A DNA stretch of 63,179 nt, the filler included, from Dirinaria sp. TL-2023a (taxonomy: Eukaryota), in assembly GCA_051941275.1 (NCBI GenBank). It is 47 parts of 47 records of this genome, joined end to end, with 100 filler letters (N's around TTAATTAATTAA, not from the genome) between each part and the next. Parts side by side here need not be neighbours in the genome. Positions count along the whole stretch, not along the records: positions 1 to 1,274 come from JAVEBF010002846.1; positions 1,375 to 2,648 come from JAVEBF010002847.1; positions 2,749 to 4,019 come from JAVEBF010002848.1; positions 4,120 to 5,389 come from JAVEBF010002849.1; positions 5,490 to 6,758 come from JAVEBF010002850.1; positions 6,859 to 8,126 come from JAVEBF010002851.1; positions 8,227 to 9,493 come from JAVEBF010002852.1; positions 9,594 to 10,860 come from JAVEBF010002853.1; 39 more parts are not named here. One strand, written 5' to 3'. This document shows, piece by piece, positions 1 to 11,713 of the stretch. Each line of letters opens with the position of its first letter. The stretch's first letter is position 1. A model generated the notes under the pieces. That model was not told where the DNA came from and ran no database searches. It saw nothing but the letters and a program-made list of their open reading frames with translations. The translations under genes and the position numbers were made by a program.

Positions 1-251
1 CTGTTTCTGAGTTTGAGCATGTGCTTGCGTTTGTTGCGTCTGCGCTCTCTCGTTGACGTCTTTAGTCATTGTTGATATCATCAATCAAATCGTATTTCTT
101 TTTTATTATCTCGCGAAACAACGAGAACAAAGAGTAAAATGTGTAAACAACAGTGTTCAGTTCAATTATAGATGATAACACAGATGTTGTTGCAATTGTT
201 TGAAACTCGTACAATTGCAAAACGAGATAAGAGGTTTGATGCTTTGTGTAA

Positions 252-500
252 TGTCAAAATCGATATAGAAGATATGATCTATGTAGATACTATCAACTAA
301 ATACACAAAGCATGAAGAAAAAAAGAAATTTATGAACTGAAATCAGATATAATATAAATGTGTGAACGTTGAATTCTGATCGATCGAATCGATCATCACT
401 TCGGATACGCTAGTCTCGATCAGGTCAAAACTCAACACCACACACAAAAACCTTATAGAAAATAACCCGGGTAATAATAGTGAGAACCAGACTCGTAACA
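252..500 (-). mobile_element. LTR, family A2, RIP-degraded
   Basis: TG...CA ends. Colinear with 56233-56481, differing mainly by C>T/G>A transitions. Confidence 0.85.
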
Positions 501-1274
501 GAAGTCAGCAAACTCCCTTCTCACAGATCTGTTGATCATTTAATCGATCTTCAATCTGACGTTATCTCATCAGCGAAGAAAGTTTACGACATGTCTCGCG
601 ATCAAGTCGCAGTGATAAAGAAATATGTCGATGACATGCTCGAAAAAGATTTTATTCGACGAAATCATTTCGATTATGTCGTCTTTGTTCTGATCGTCAA
701 AAAGTCTGACGACGAATTACGAGTTTGCGTTGATTATCGAGTTCTCAATGCTTTAATCATTAAAAATCGCAATGTTTCATCACTAATTCGCGATACGCTG
801 ACTCGTCTGTGTCATGTCAAGATCTACATCAAATTTGACATCATCGTCGTCTTCAACGAAAATCGTGTTCGCGAAAAAAAATTTTAAAACAAAACTGTTT
901 TCATTACTCGTTACGAGTTTTTCGAGTATGTCGTCATGTCTTTCGAGTTATACAATGCTCTCGAAATATTTCAATCATTCATCAACGATATTTTTCGCGA
1001 GTATTTTGATGATTTCTGTACGACATATCTGAACGATATTCTAATTTATAGCGAAAGTTATGAGCAACATTAGAAACACGTGCACAAGATGTTAAAGAAA
1101 TTTAAAGTCGTTTATCTTTTTCTGAACGTTAAGAAATGTTAATTCAACGTCACTCAAGTAAAATATCTGAGATCAATCGTCACTATCGAACAGCTCAAAA
1201 TGAATCTCGACAAAATAAAAATCGTTCAGAAATGAGAGATTTCTCGCTCATTTAAGAACGTTCAAGTCTTTCTC
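501..1274 (+). pseudogene. Ty3/Gypsy reverse transcriptase relic
   Basis: LRVCVDYRVLN, KFDI, VMSFELYN (=MPFGLxN) and YLNDILIYS (=YLDD) motifs, with stops and a frameshift. Confidence 0.92.
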
Positions 1275-1374
1275 NNNNNNNNNNNNNNNNNNNNNNNNNN
1301 NNNNNNNNNNNNNNNNNNTTAATTAATTAANNNNNNNNNNNNNNNNNNNNNNNNNNNNNNNNNNNNNNNNNNNN
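1275..1374. other. Artificial contig linker N44-TTAATTAATTAA-N44 (first of 46)
   Basis: The same 100-bp spacer recurs about every 1.3-1.4 kb and has stops in all six frames. Contig lengths fall from 1274 to about 1218 bp. Confidence 0.98.
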
Positions 1375-1509
1375 GGTTTTTTATCAGTCTATCAAAGCAT
1401 CATTCGATGCAGAGAAACTGACACTTTAATTCATATTATTGATATTAAGAAACATCTTACACATGTGATTTTAGCGCTGAGAGATCAACGCATTGAAAGA
1501 GAAGACTGT

Positions 1510-1860
1510 TGTCATGATACTTTGATCCTTACGATCTAGTGACTTATTACGTGAGATGAGTGAAAGCTTTTTCAAGATTCTTTGAGATCAGTAAAACTCA
1601 AACGAATACTCGAAAACTTTTAAATGATTTGATGTCATCGCTTTATAAGCGCTGCGTAGGCTTCAGTACAATATATTCGCAATACTGTCAAGTGATTGCG
1701 AAGTCGTATAGAATAAAGAGACCATTCGTATCCCGAGGACTTGAGTTTCTCAGTAATTAGTCTTGATAGTTATAGACTTCTTATTTCTCATACTGTTGCA
1801 CATTGCCACATAACTTAGCTAGTACTTGATTTCTATAAGGAACTTCTTACTAGCATAACA
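1510..1860 (+). mobile_element. 3' LTR preceded by a purine tract, abutting a truncated family A LTR
   Basis: TGTCATG...CATAACA ends, with GAAAGAGAAG just upstream. Confidence 0.65.
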
Positions 1861-1971
1861 ATATACGTGTGTGCGGGTGTCGGATAAACACCCCGATCGG
1901 GTTAGCGCATTACCCCTAAGAACCCTGGGAGGTGTTGCCCCAGGTAGTATACCAGGTGCATGCTCGTAACA
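1861..1971 (-). mobile_element. Partial LTR, family A
   Basis: Near-identical to 45831-45941. Confidence 0.88.
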
Positions 1972-2128
1972 TTTATCTGAAAAACTTGTATCATCAATTA
2001 AATCGAGAGACGTCGAATATTATTAAAATTATGCATCTGCGAATCAAGATCTTGAATAAAATTCGCTATGAGTCTTAAACGATCAATATGTCTCACGAGA
2101 ATGTTAACGAGATGCGTCAAGAATATAT

Positions 2129-2258
2129 TGTTACGACCCTGGAACATCTAAGTAGTAAGATAGGTACCAAGTCCCTTGACTTGGTTTAGTTAGTCTTTTG
2201 GCGCTGCCGGGACTTTTACCATTGGGAAACCTATCTAACCAAGGTTGGATCTTTGACA
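2129..2258 (+). mobile_element. Short (~130 bp) LTR, family C
   Basis: TGTTACG...TTTGACA. Copies at 13693-13809 and 31690-31821 (reverse). Confidence 0.88.
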
Positions 2259-2485
2259 AGCTCCGCGCTGACGAGCCACGAGCGCTCGTAGGCACAATGC
2301 TCTATAAGCGTCAACTGCTCACTGACTTCTAGTCAGTCTCGAGATCCAGCCTTCCGACGCTGACTCCTAGACGGCGCTAGCCATGCTTCAGACCCCGAAA
2401 GATTGCCCCTGGGCACCCCTCGCTGCCAAGCGGCGCTAGTATACATTGGTTAATATATATTAATGTATCAGGTATTACTGTTACA
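2259..2485 (-). mobile_element. Partial LTR, family D
   Basis: Reverse complement matches about 10497-10722. Confidence 0.85.
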
Positions 2486-4119
2486 CTGGACCTCTCCAAC
2501 AGACCAAATCCTAGCATCTCTTATTAGATACCTGGAAACCTAGGTTGATAGTAGAAGACGCAACATGAATGAAAAGAAGAAAGCATGAGATTTAGATCAC
2601 ACATCGACACGCTACATCGTCAACAACTTAGGTCTTCTCTACGCGAGTNNNNNNNNNNNNNNNNNNNNNNNNNNNNNNNNNNNNNNNNNNNNTTAATTAA
2701 TTAANNNNNNNNNNNNNNNNNNNNNNNNNNNNNNNNNNNNNNNNNNNNGTGGGTTGACAGGGTGGGTGCGCTCCCACTTTGGGGGTGGGAATAACAACCA
2801 CGAATGAAACCCGAAACCGGATACGAGCAATTACTTCGCATCAGCGCGGACGAGAAGTTGTACGTACCAGCACGCTCCTTCTTATCGAGGATCCCTTCCC
2901 AACCTTCCTGGGTGTAACTGGGAATGCATTTGCTGGCGTTTGTGGTTTATCGGGGGCATAGAGACCAGCTGCAGGCTGCTAGAAGCATGAGTCCATTACC
3001 TACAGTACAGGGCATGTGGGTAAGGTACATGGTTAGGAGCAAGGGAGCTCCCACGGCGGGAATCGCTGGATCCAGGGTCATGGTTGTGGCGACCGTTGTC
3101 CGTTGAGCAGAGATAGCTGATGAGATAAGCTACCTATGATAGAATACGCAGATCCTATTCGCAAATACGAGTCTTGTCACTCTTGTGCAGCTTCAACCAT
3201 GTCGAAAGTACGGAGTACCTACACAGTAGTAGTACAGGCTACCGAGTGATGAAAGTTCGTGGGGTGATTCCAAGCCCCAATGGCAAATAACGTGCGGGGT
3301 TGAGCTGTTCCCAGGCCACGCGTACGCGTACGAGTACTGTACTGTACGGAGTGTCCACAAGGACGGTTCTTTTTCGGTCTAGAGGCTCCCTTAGGGACTT
3401 CTAGAAGTGGATGGGTTATGGCGGGTTGGTGGATGACAGCTGGGCTTGCAGTAGCTTGCATCATGATCTCCCACTTGCCAGAGATAAGAAAAGAAGAGGA
3501 CGGGGGATTTTGTCGTGTTCATGCACGTGAAAATGCCACTGCCGTTTCATCCCCTTTTCGCGTTCATCAGTGCGTTTTTCCATTAGAGAATCAACAATAC
3601 GGTGTCCTGTACACGTATGAATAAGGTACCTTAGATACCTTACTACATATTGTGTAAGTAGGTAAAGATTATTTTTGATCTCCGTGCCTACTTCTAGCGC
3701 ACGTGTGCAATAGTAATGGAAAAGCCAAAAGCAAAACGTAAGGTAGAGTAGGGAGTAGTTAAGGTAGCCTGACCAGTGACCTCCACTTACTGCTGATTAT
3801 TACTCGTGTGAACTTGCCTCGGATCGCGCTAGTAAGCACCGGCTTCACTACCTTAATCTGCAACCGGGCAACTTTAGAAGCCGCTTCCACTTGCGACCCC
3901 CAGCCCTCGCAGCTATGTACAGCCTATGAGCCTACAGTACTATACTGTGGTATCCGTATCTTCTTTGTCTCCAGCGTACTCGCACTCCCACATCTACCTC
4001 TCCCCACTCAACCAACTCTNNNNNNNNNNNNNNNNNNNNNNNNNNNNNNNNNNNNNNNNNNNNTTAATTAATTAANNNNNNNNNNNNNNNNNNNNNNNNN
4101 NNNNNNNNNNNNNNNNNNN

Positions 4120-4282
4120 CGAGAGCAGCGTCACCTCTCTTGTAGTCTGCCTGCGTACTCCCTCGCTTGTAATCAGCGGGAATATCAGTGTTGGCGTTTG
4201 CATGGCCTAGATCATCTCTTAACAATAGTATTATAGAAACATGGAGCAGAATCATGCTTACTGGTAGGCGCACATGAGGCAT
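4120..4282 (-). CDS. Putative secreted Kex2-processed repeat peptide precursor (ADYKRG repeats), 3' truncated
   Basis: MPHVRLPVSMILLHVSIILLLRDDLGHANANTDIP-ADYKRG-STQ-ADYKRG-DAAL. Hydrophobic N-terminus, then two repeats that use different synonymous codons. Confidence 0.6.
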
Positions 4283-5141
4283 AAGAGGCCAGCACGAGAA
4301 CGAAAAGCTTTGAGTATAGCATTCTGTATATGTATAGGCGCGAGCTGTGAGGTAGACGAATGGTGTCAAACTTGGCAGTTGTGATAGAGGAACTCGAGAT
4401 CTATACGCGGGTGCGAGCACACAATTTAATGATTAAAGCAGATGCTCGTCGCTGATGTAAGTAGACCTTCCCCTTACTACGTCATGATCGTATTGTGTAA
4501 TTATATGGGACACAACAGCAGGGATGATTTTCGTGTTTTCAGCTCAGCAAGCCTGAGCATGCCCGATGATGACGAGGCCACAGGCATTGAGTGCACGCGT
4601 AACGCAGCGCAGTTGCATATGAGGTTACACCAGGCTAAAAGTTTTGTGGTGACATTCTTACGGTTGCCTTTGATAGCATGAAGTGGGTGTGCTGTAGAAG
4701 CTGCAGTACGTTATGGCCCCCAACTCAGTCTGCGTTAGGACTTGATTACCCTCAACAGGCGTAGTGCAGACGATACAGGAGCTGAAGGACATACCTACCA
4801 ATCATTCAGCCTTTAAACACATAACCGTAGTCTAGTGGTGGTGATCAAGCCCAGATGCAGACTGCTTCAAATCTGATCAGGAGACATATCGATATGATGC
4901 CAAAGAAGGACCCGGACCCGAGCACACCCTCACAGCGGAAGAAAACCTGCCGGTATCCCTTGGCGTCACTACGCTTCGATCGATCGGTCTTGCTGGGTTT
5001 TGTCCGATGTTCAAGCGTTCTTCCTCATCTTGGAGACACGATTCTACTACTTGGCCCATCTTCTTTCTTAGCTTACAAGTGATTGGATATTTAACCAGTA
5101 ATCCTATTTCTTTGGATTCTCAGCACCATTCTCTGCAAACC

Positions 5142-5389
5142 ATGTTCTTCAGTCTACACCCAAGGACAAAATATCATCTGATTGGATCTTCTTTTGGGGG
5201 GGAGGCAGTTTTAGAAGAGCCAGAAGAATCAACAGATCGATATGAGCAAAGGTTCAAAAAGCGAAAGTCAATACTACTTTGCACGGCCTGCATTATCATT
5301 CCCTGCCTGATTGTTACTTTAATTCTAGCCCTTCGGCAAGAAAAGTCTATCAGTCAGGAACTTAGGATTGTGTATGCGTCGTCCGATTG
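5142..5389 (+). CDS. Type II membrane protein N-terminus (UstYa/DUF3328- or UstQ-like architecture), 3' truncated
   Basis: KYHL motif, acidic stretch, KKRK, then a single TM helix (ILLCTACIIIPCLIVTLILAL). The family cannot be confirmed because the catalytic part is beyond the contig end. Confidence 0.5.
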
Positions 5390-5610
5390 NNNNNNNNNNN
5401 NNNNNNNNNNNNNNNNNNNNNNNNNNNNNNNNNTTAATTAATTAANNNNNNNNNNNNNNNNNNNNNNNNNNNNNNNNNNNNNNNNNNNNGTACTGAGACG
5501 TGACGAAAGACTCTTTTTTTTCTTTTTTTTTTATATAATTAACAGATTTTTAACGAGTTTCAAAACAATTGCTCTCGCATTAAAGATCAATGCTCAAGAA
5601 AGAAGACAAA

Positions 5611-6043
5611 TGTAACAGTGATACTTAATACGTTGATACATATTGATTAATGCGAGCTAGCGTCGTCTGAAATCGAAGATCAAGAATCATATTCATGAAT
5701 AAACGTCTTGAGCATAACAATTATGCTTGCGTCGTCGAATCGTCAGTTTTCGAAGATCAAGATCTTTAGCTGTGCAAGCGTCAGTGAAAAGTCGACGTTT
5801 GTAAAGAATGGTATTTACTAACTCTTCTGATTATTTAGCGCGAGACTGTTTATGATAAAACATCATGACGAAGTCGTGTTGAGATTCGCAGTTAAGTATG
5901 AGAAATCACTCATCGTTCTCGAAGAATCCTCAGTGATTAGCTCTAGCAAAAACTATAGTACTAGATAGCAAGCAAGTCTATTACACTGTCACGTCTTTCA
6001 CATAAGTATCTATCGACTCGTATCCGATGAGTACGATCTTACA
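5611..6043 (+). mobile_element. LTR (433 bp), family D2, with upstream purine tract
   Basis: TGTAAC...CTTACA. Near-identical to 47621-48053. AAGAAAGAAG lies upstream. Confidence 0.88.
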
Positions 6044-6758
6044 GTATATCGTAGTTTTGTTCAGCTGACGATAGTTTTCTCGAGAAATATGTCACTGAGT
6101 GTTATTTGCTCTGTTCTTTCTGACACGAACAAATTTTTATGATTAAATTCGATGCATCGATCTCGATTCGAATTGATTTTGTTTCGTCAAACATTCTGAG
6201 TGTTGATTTTCTCAAACATGTTTTTTTCAATTATTCGAATGCTCTCTATTCGTCTTTTTCTCAAGTTCATTGAGTGTTTTTTGCAGTGAGTTTAATTAAA
6301 GATACTGTCTTTTTGAAATAGTCTCTGATAAATTTTCGATTGTAGTTCGTGAAATCGAGAAAATATTGCACTTCTTTCACAATTGTTGATGTTTGTCAGT
6401 CTCTGACTGTTTGTAATTTGCTAAAAATAATGCGATTTTCATTTCTTTCGATGACGAAACTCAAAAAATCGATTTCTTTTCGATGAAATTCACATTTCTT
6501 CAATTTGATTTTCATGCTTTTTTCGTGTAGTTTTCTCAAAATTTGACTAACATGTTTCACGTGTTGTTTCAAGATCGTGAAATAAATCAATATATCGTCA
6601 AAATAAACGATTACAAAATCGTTTAAATATTTTTTGAGTGCATCGTTAATTATTTTTTAACATGTTGCAAACGCGTTTGTGAGTTCAAATGACATGATCA
6701 AATATTCGTAATATTTATATCGTGTTCGAAAAACTGTTTTTCATTTCTCGTTTTCTTT
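6044..6758 (-). pseudogene. Ty3/Gypsy RT-RNase H relic
   Basis: IVYFDDILIYF, KLKKCEF and VQYFLDFTNYNRKFI motifs with in-frame stops. Confidence 0.9.
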
Positions 6759-7156
6759 NNNNNNNNNNNNNNNNNNNNNNNNNNNNNNNNNNNNNNNNNN
6801 NNTTAATTAATTAANNNNNNNNNNNNNNNNNNNNNNNNNNNNNNNNNNNNNNNNNNNNTTGATTGAAAGCATCGCGATAGAACATGATACAATACTGATG
6901 ACGATGAGTTTGAGCATGCAAAGAATATAACTAATGACTATCACACACGATATTCTGACAAGCCTGACGACGCAAATAACAAAGCATCAAATATCGACAA
7001 TGAGATCAACAAACGCAGAAGCCTTAGACACACATAGAAGCTAAACATCTTGGTTGTCATCTGATCAATTTCGCAGACATTCGCATACAAAAGTCTAAAA
7101 CGGAATAATCTTGTTTCAGCTGCAACAGAGACGTTGTTTATTGAAGAAGGGGGTAA

Positions 7157-7434
7157 TGTCATGAATCAGACTCTTATGAGTCTAATCACATGATTGCATA
7201 AATCCTGAAGTAGAGTCTCTGAATATCACATGTGTGTGGAAAGGTCTATACTAAGTATTTTGCTAAAGATGTTGTGTTTTTGTCTGATCAGGTTTAGCGT
7301 TCTCGGACCGATGTTGTTCCGATCTCACATTTAAACCTACCTGTATTTAGATTTCCTTTTCCTTTTCTTCTTCATAGATAGTGTCCTAGTCTATTTGTAC
7401 TCATATGCCATTGAGCGCTGTGCAGACCCTGACA
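7157..7434 (+). mobile_element. 3' LTR, family E, with PPT
   Basis: GAAGAAGGGGG precedes TGTCATG...CCTGACA. Reverse copy at 9669-9966. Confidence 0.87.
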
Positions 7435-8126
7435 AGTCTGAGCAGTTAAGTGACGCAAGCGTCTTTTCTGCGATCAAACTAGCAGCGTTGACAGCGCAAC
7501 TGAGTGATAGTGTTATCGCAGATACTCAAGTCAGAGACTTGAATGAGAAAGTACTCGATAGACGTCGCAGTTTTTTAAATTCTGCTTCGTCTCGACTTTT
7601 AGTACATCGAATGACTAAATCGAAGAGATTCTTCGTTGCTTTTCAAGAGTCTATGACCGCGTGATTGCATTAATTACAACGGAAGAACGCTTTTGTTGTG
7701 AAGAAGCAATGGCGACAGAGATTTGCAAGTAAAAAGGAAGAACTTTCGCATTGAAATATGAGCGAGAATGAACTGCTACGTCGAGATCTCGCGATTTATA
7801 TTTTTAACGACTCTGCTACGAAGAAAGAGATTCTTCGTACTCATCATGATGACTCTGATGCGAGTCACTTTGCGCGAAGTCGTACAGAAGCTGCGATTCG
7901 CAAGAAATATTTCTGATTCAGCATGCTGTCAGAAATCGAGAATTATGTTCGCTCATGTTTCGATTGTCAACGAGTGCGAGTTTATCGTCATAAATCTTAT
8001 GATAAACTTAAATCAATTTCGTCAAATGAAGAGCAATTATTTAATATTATTACTCTGAACTTCATTACTGATATGCTCTCTGCTAAGAATTTATACACTA
8101 AAAAAATCAATGATGCTATTTTGATA
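7435..8126 (+). pseudogene. Gypsy integrase (HHCC zinc finger and core start) relic
   Basis: HHDDSDASHF...YVRSCFDCQR...ITLNFITDM...DAILI. Confidence 0.88.
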
Positions 8127-8226
8127 NNNNNNNNNNNNNNNNNNNNNNNNNNNNNNNNNNNNNNNNNNNNTTAATTAATTAANNNNNNNNNNNNNNNNNN
8201 NNNNNNNNNNNNNNNNNNNNNNNNNN

Positions 8227-9493
8227 AAGTGACATTGTCGATTTTGACAACATGCTCAAGCATCTTCACAGCCTCTTCGTACTGCTCATTTTCTAGATAA
8301 GCACGTCCGAGCCAAGACTGCGAATTAAGTCGACTTGAATGATCCTCAGTCAGAGTGACATTGTCGATTTTGACAACATGCTCAAGCATCTTCACAGCCT
8401 CTTCGTATTGCTTATTTTCTAGATAAGCATGTCCGAGTTCATGCTGCGACTGAAGTCGATCACCATCAAATTCGTTCAGTGTCTCGTTGACTTTGACTAT
8501 TTGCTCAAGCATTTTCACGGCCTCATTGGTACGCCCCTTCCGTGAATAAGCATAGGCGAGAGCTTGCCGCGCACCAAGTCGCCTAAAATCGTCTTCCTCT
8601 AGATGTTCAACCATTTTCAAGACATACTCGAGCAACTCTAGGCCTTCTTCAACTTGGTTATTATATACGTAAACATAGGCTAGTTCTATCTGTAAATCCA
8701 GCAGTCTATCATCATCTTCCTCCCAATCTCGAGACCTTATCGCGATGAGTTTTTCGAATATATCAACGGCCTCTTGAAAGTTGGCCTTGTCCCAAGCGAT
8801 CTGCGCCGCGAAGTACTTTAGTTTCAGTAGATCTTCCTGGTCCAATTTTTGGTCTTCGAGCCTTGGGCGAATACGTTGCATAAGAGAGTCAAGCATGTTA
8901 TAATTAAGATCCCACTTGAAGACAGTTAAGAGTTCGATGAATATATAAGCTGTCTCCTTCTCATACATATGTTGCATGTACTCTTCGATGTTGTGACTCA
9001 CACAGGCTCGCACATGTTGTCGAAGGAAAAGCATATGATCATACTGATATGGTTGACATGAAAGTGAAAGTACTGTGGCAGCTGATAGCCAGGCGCTGGA
9101 CCGATCTCGATAGTTTTGTCGCTCTAGAGCCCACGCATGTACGAGAGAGTGCGCAGAAATGATAAGTGAGCCGCCGTCTTCAGTCGTGGTGATGATCGAT
9201 AATGATTCCAAACTTGCACAGGCTCTGCGCCATCTCATGCGTCCTTGAGGGGCAGACCAATCGTCCGTGACATATACTGGCATTCCGGAAAAGTGGTGTA
9301 CGGAAGTGGACAGAACTCTTTCATCATTGGTCGCCTCAATATCTCTGAGCTGAGAGACAGATTCTGAAGCCCTTTGATACAAAATCTCAGAAATGCCACT
9401 GTTATGCATGAACGCAAAGGTATGGAGAAGTTCTAAAGCATCTGCATCTTCTGACTTTGAGGACTTTTCGAGATAATCTGCAGAAACCTCAAA
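8227..9493 (-). CDS. Fungal NLR-like protein (end of NB-ARC region plus TPR repeats), truncated at both ends
   Basis: SAHSLVHAWA motif followed by 42-aa TPRs (EAVKMLEHVVKI...RLxSQxxLGxAYL). The frame is open across the whole contig. Confidence 0.85.
8228..8479. repeat. 126-bp tandem TPR-coding repeats
   Basis: Units start at 8228 and 8354 and are near-identical over their first ~80 bp. Confidence 0.9.
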
Positions 9494-9668
9494 NNNNNNN
9501 NNNNNNNNNNNNNNNNNNNNNNNNNNNNNNNNNNNNNTTAATTAATTAANNNNNNNNNNNNNNNNNNNNNNNNNNNNNNNNNNNNNNNNNNNNGATCTTT
9601 TATTGCGATTGCTTGGTTTACTCGTGCAACGCCGACGAGTGCAAAGATAAAGATGATAGTTAGTGTAA

Positions 9669-9966
9669 TGTCAGGGTCTGCACAGCGCTTAATGACATAT
9701 GAGTACGAATAGACTAAAACACTATCTATGAAAAAGAAAAGGAAAAGGAAATCTAAATACAGATAGATTTAAATGTGAAATCGAAACAACATCGATTCGA
9801 GGACGCTAAACCTGATCAGACAAAAACACAACACCTCTAGCAAAACACTTGATATAGATCTTTCCACACACATGTGGTATCCAGGGACTCTGCTTCAGGG
9901 TCTAGGGTCCATGCAATCATGTGACCCAATCATATGATCAGGCTCATAGAGATCTGGTTCATGATA
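9669..9966 (-). mobile_element. LTR, family E
   Basis: Reverse complement of 7157-7434, with a small insertion. Confidence 0.85.
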
Positions 9967-10116
9967 CTGCGAACGCTTTATCATCTTTATTACTCGTTTC
10001 TTTCACGCTCGATACTCGATTATTTTCACGTCAAATACTCGAGTATGATCACGCACGCTACTCGACGTTTTTGAGATAGACTCACGAGAGCTCGTCGTCT
10101 TTGAAGAGAGAAATAA

Positions 10117-10278
10117 TGTTACGGGTTTAGTGCGATAGTATTGAAGCTCCCTCGAAGGAATCTCGGGAGCGCTAGCGAACGAGGCTTTCACTTAAACCTC
10201 GCCCCCATGTATCTTAGTTCTGTATAGCTAGTATTCTCGTCAATATTATATCTATCTATGCAGTCTAGATCCCTGACA
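10117..10278 (+). mobile_element. 3' LTR (162 bp), family F, with PPT
   Basis: GAAGAGAGAAA upstream. Copies at 17899-18060 (same upstream internal sequence) and 18764-18925 (reverse). Confidence 0.88.
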
Positions 10279-10496
10279 TTTATGCTTTTATATAATCTTT
10301 CTCAGATCGAGCTGACTGAGCTGCGACGCTATTTAAAGAATATTTTAAAAAAGAACTGAATTTATCATTTCGTTTCGTCAGCAGAAGCTTCGATTCTTTT
10401 TGTATCTAAAAAAGATAAAGAACTACGATTATGTGTAGATTATAAAGGGCTAAACGCGATTACAATTAAAAATCGTCATCTTTTATCTTTTATAAC
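10279..10496 (+). pseudogene. Gypsy RT N-terminal relic
   Basis: YNLSQIEL...[30 protein letters not shown]. Confidence 0.88.
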
Positions 10497-10860
10497 TGTA
10501 ACAGTGATACCTGATACATTGATATATATTGACCAATACAGACTAGCGCCGCTTGGCAGTCGGGGGTGCCCAGGGACAATCCTTCGGGGTCTGAAGTATG
10601 GCTAGCGCCGTCTAGGAGTCAGCGTCGGAAGGTTGAATCTCGAGACTAACTAAAAACCAGTGAGCGATTGACGCTTATAAAGCATTGTGTCTACGAGCGC
10701 TCGTGATTCGTCAGCGCGGAGCTCGTCATGGTGAGGCAATATTAACGCTCGCGATTAAGTATAGAGGATCACTCACTCTTTCGAAGAGGGTTCTTAGTGA
10801 TTAGTTCTAGCAGAAACTACAGTATGAGGTAGTCATATAATCTATTACACTGCCACGTCT
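10497..10860 (+). mobile_element. LTR, family D, truncated
   Basis: Starts TGTAACAGTG. Matches 2259-2485 (reverse) and shares ends with family D2. Confidence 0.82.
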
Positions 10861-11404
10861 NNNNNNNNNNNNNNNNNNNNNNNNNNNNNNNNNNNNNNNN
10901 NNNNTTAATTAATTAANNNNNNNNNNNNNNNNNNNNNNNNNNNNNNNNNNNNNNNNNNNNGTTCTTCCTCGTCTGAACGATTTATCGTCAAAATTATTGA
11001 CAGAAGTATCAAATAAAGAGTCGTTTTTCATTTTGCTTGAGAGAGATTGTTATAGTCTAGCTAATAAATAAGAAGAATAAAATCCATACGTACATATTAG
11101 CATCGAGATATGACATGATCCAAAGTGCGTAGATCTTGAAATAGATGTAGTAAGCTAATGTAGAGTCAGGCTCCTGACGCTCAAGCAACACAAAACAAAA
11201 AACGAATAAAAGAGATATAATTTTAAATTGTAGTTGAATTTCCAGGAATCCCGATGATGGTGCAGAGGGCTGCTTGAGATAGTAGGGCGTAAAACCCCGC
11301 TAGTCTTCGAGTGCTGGCGCTGATGTGCAGTCGGGTTCCTTCTTCTTTTGTGATTTTTGAGGGGGAGGGTTCGAGTCTCGCTAGGTGCTTCTTTTTTTTT
11401 CTTT

Positions 11405-11519
11405 TGTCACGATCTTAAACAATAAGTAAGTAGTAAGATAGGCAGCCAAGTCTTGATCTTTGGATCACTAACATATTGTCAAGGCTTTGACCTGGGTAAA
11501 CCTATCTAACCTAGAGACA
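11405..11519 (+). mobile_element. Short (115 bp) LTR related to family C, putative 5' LTR
   Basis: TGTCACGA...GAGACA. Shares TAAGTAGTAAGATAGG and AAACCTATCTAACC with 2129-2258. Confidence 0.75.
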
Positions 11520-11713
11520 ACAGCGTTAAAAGCACTCAGCTTCTTTGCCAGCGTCATAGACATCACCAACATTATCAGGCTACCTAGTAGTATAATCACA
11601 TCAGCATCGAATACAACTCATTTGAAGCAACGATTTGAGCATAGACAAAGTCAGACCGCCAACTTGCTAAAATCATATCTTCAACACCTTCTCTACCTGG
11701 TAGCTTCTACATC

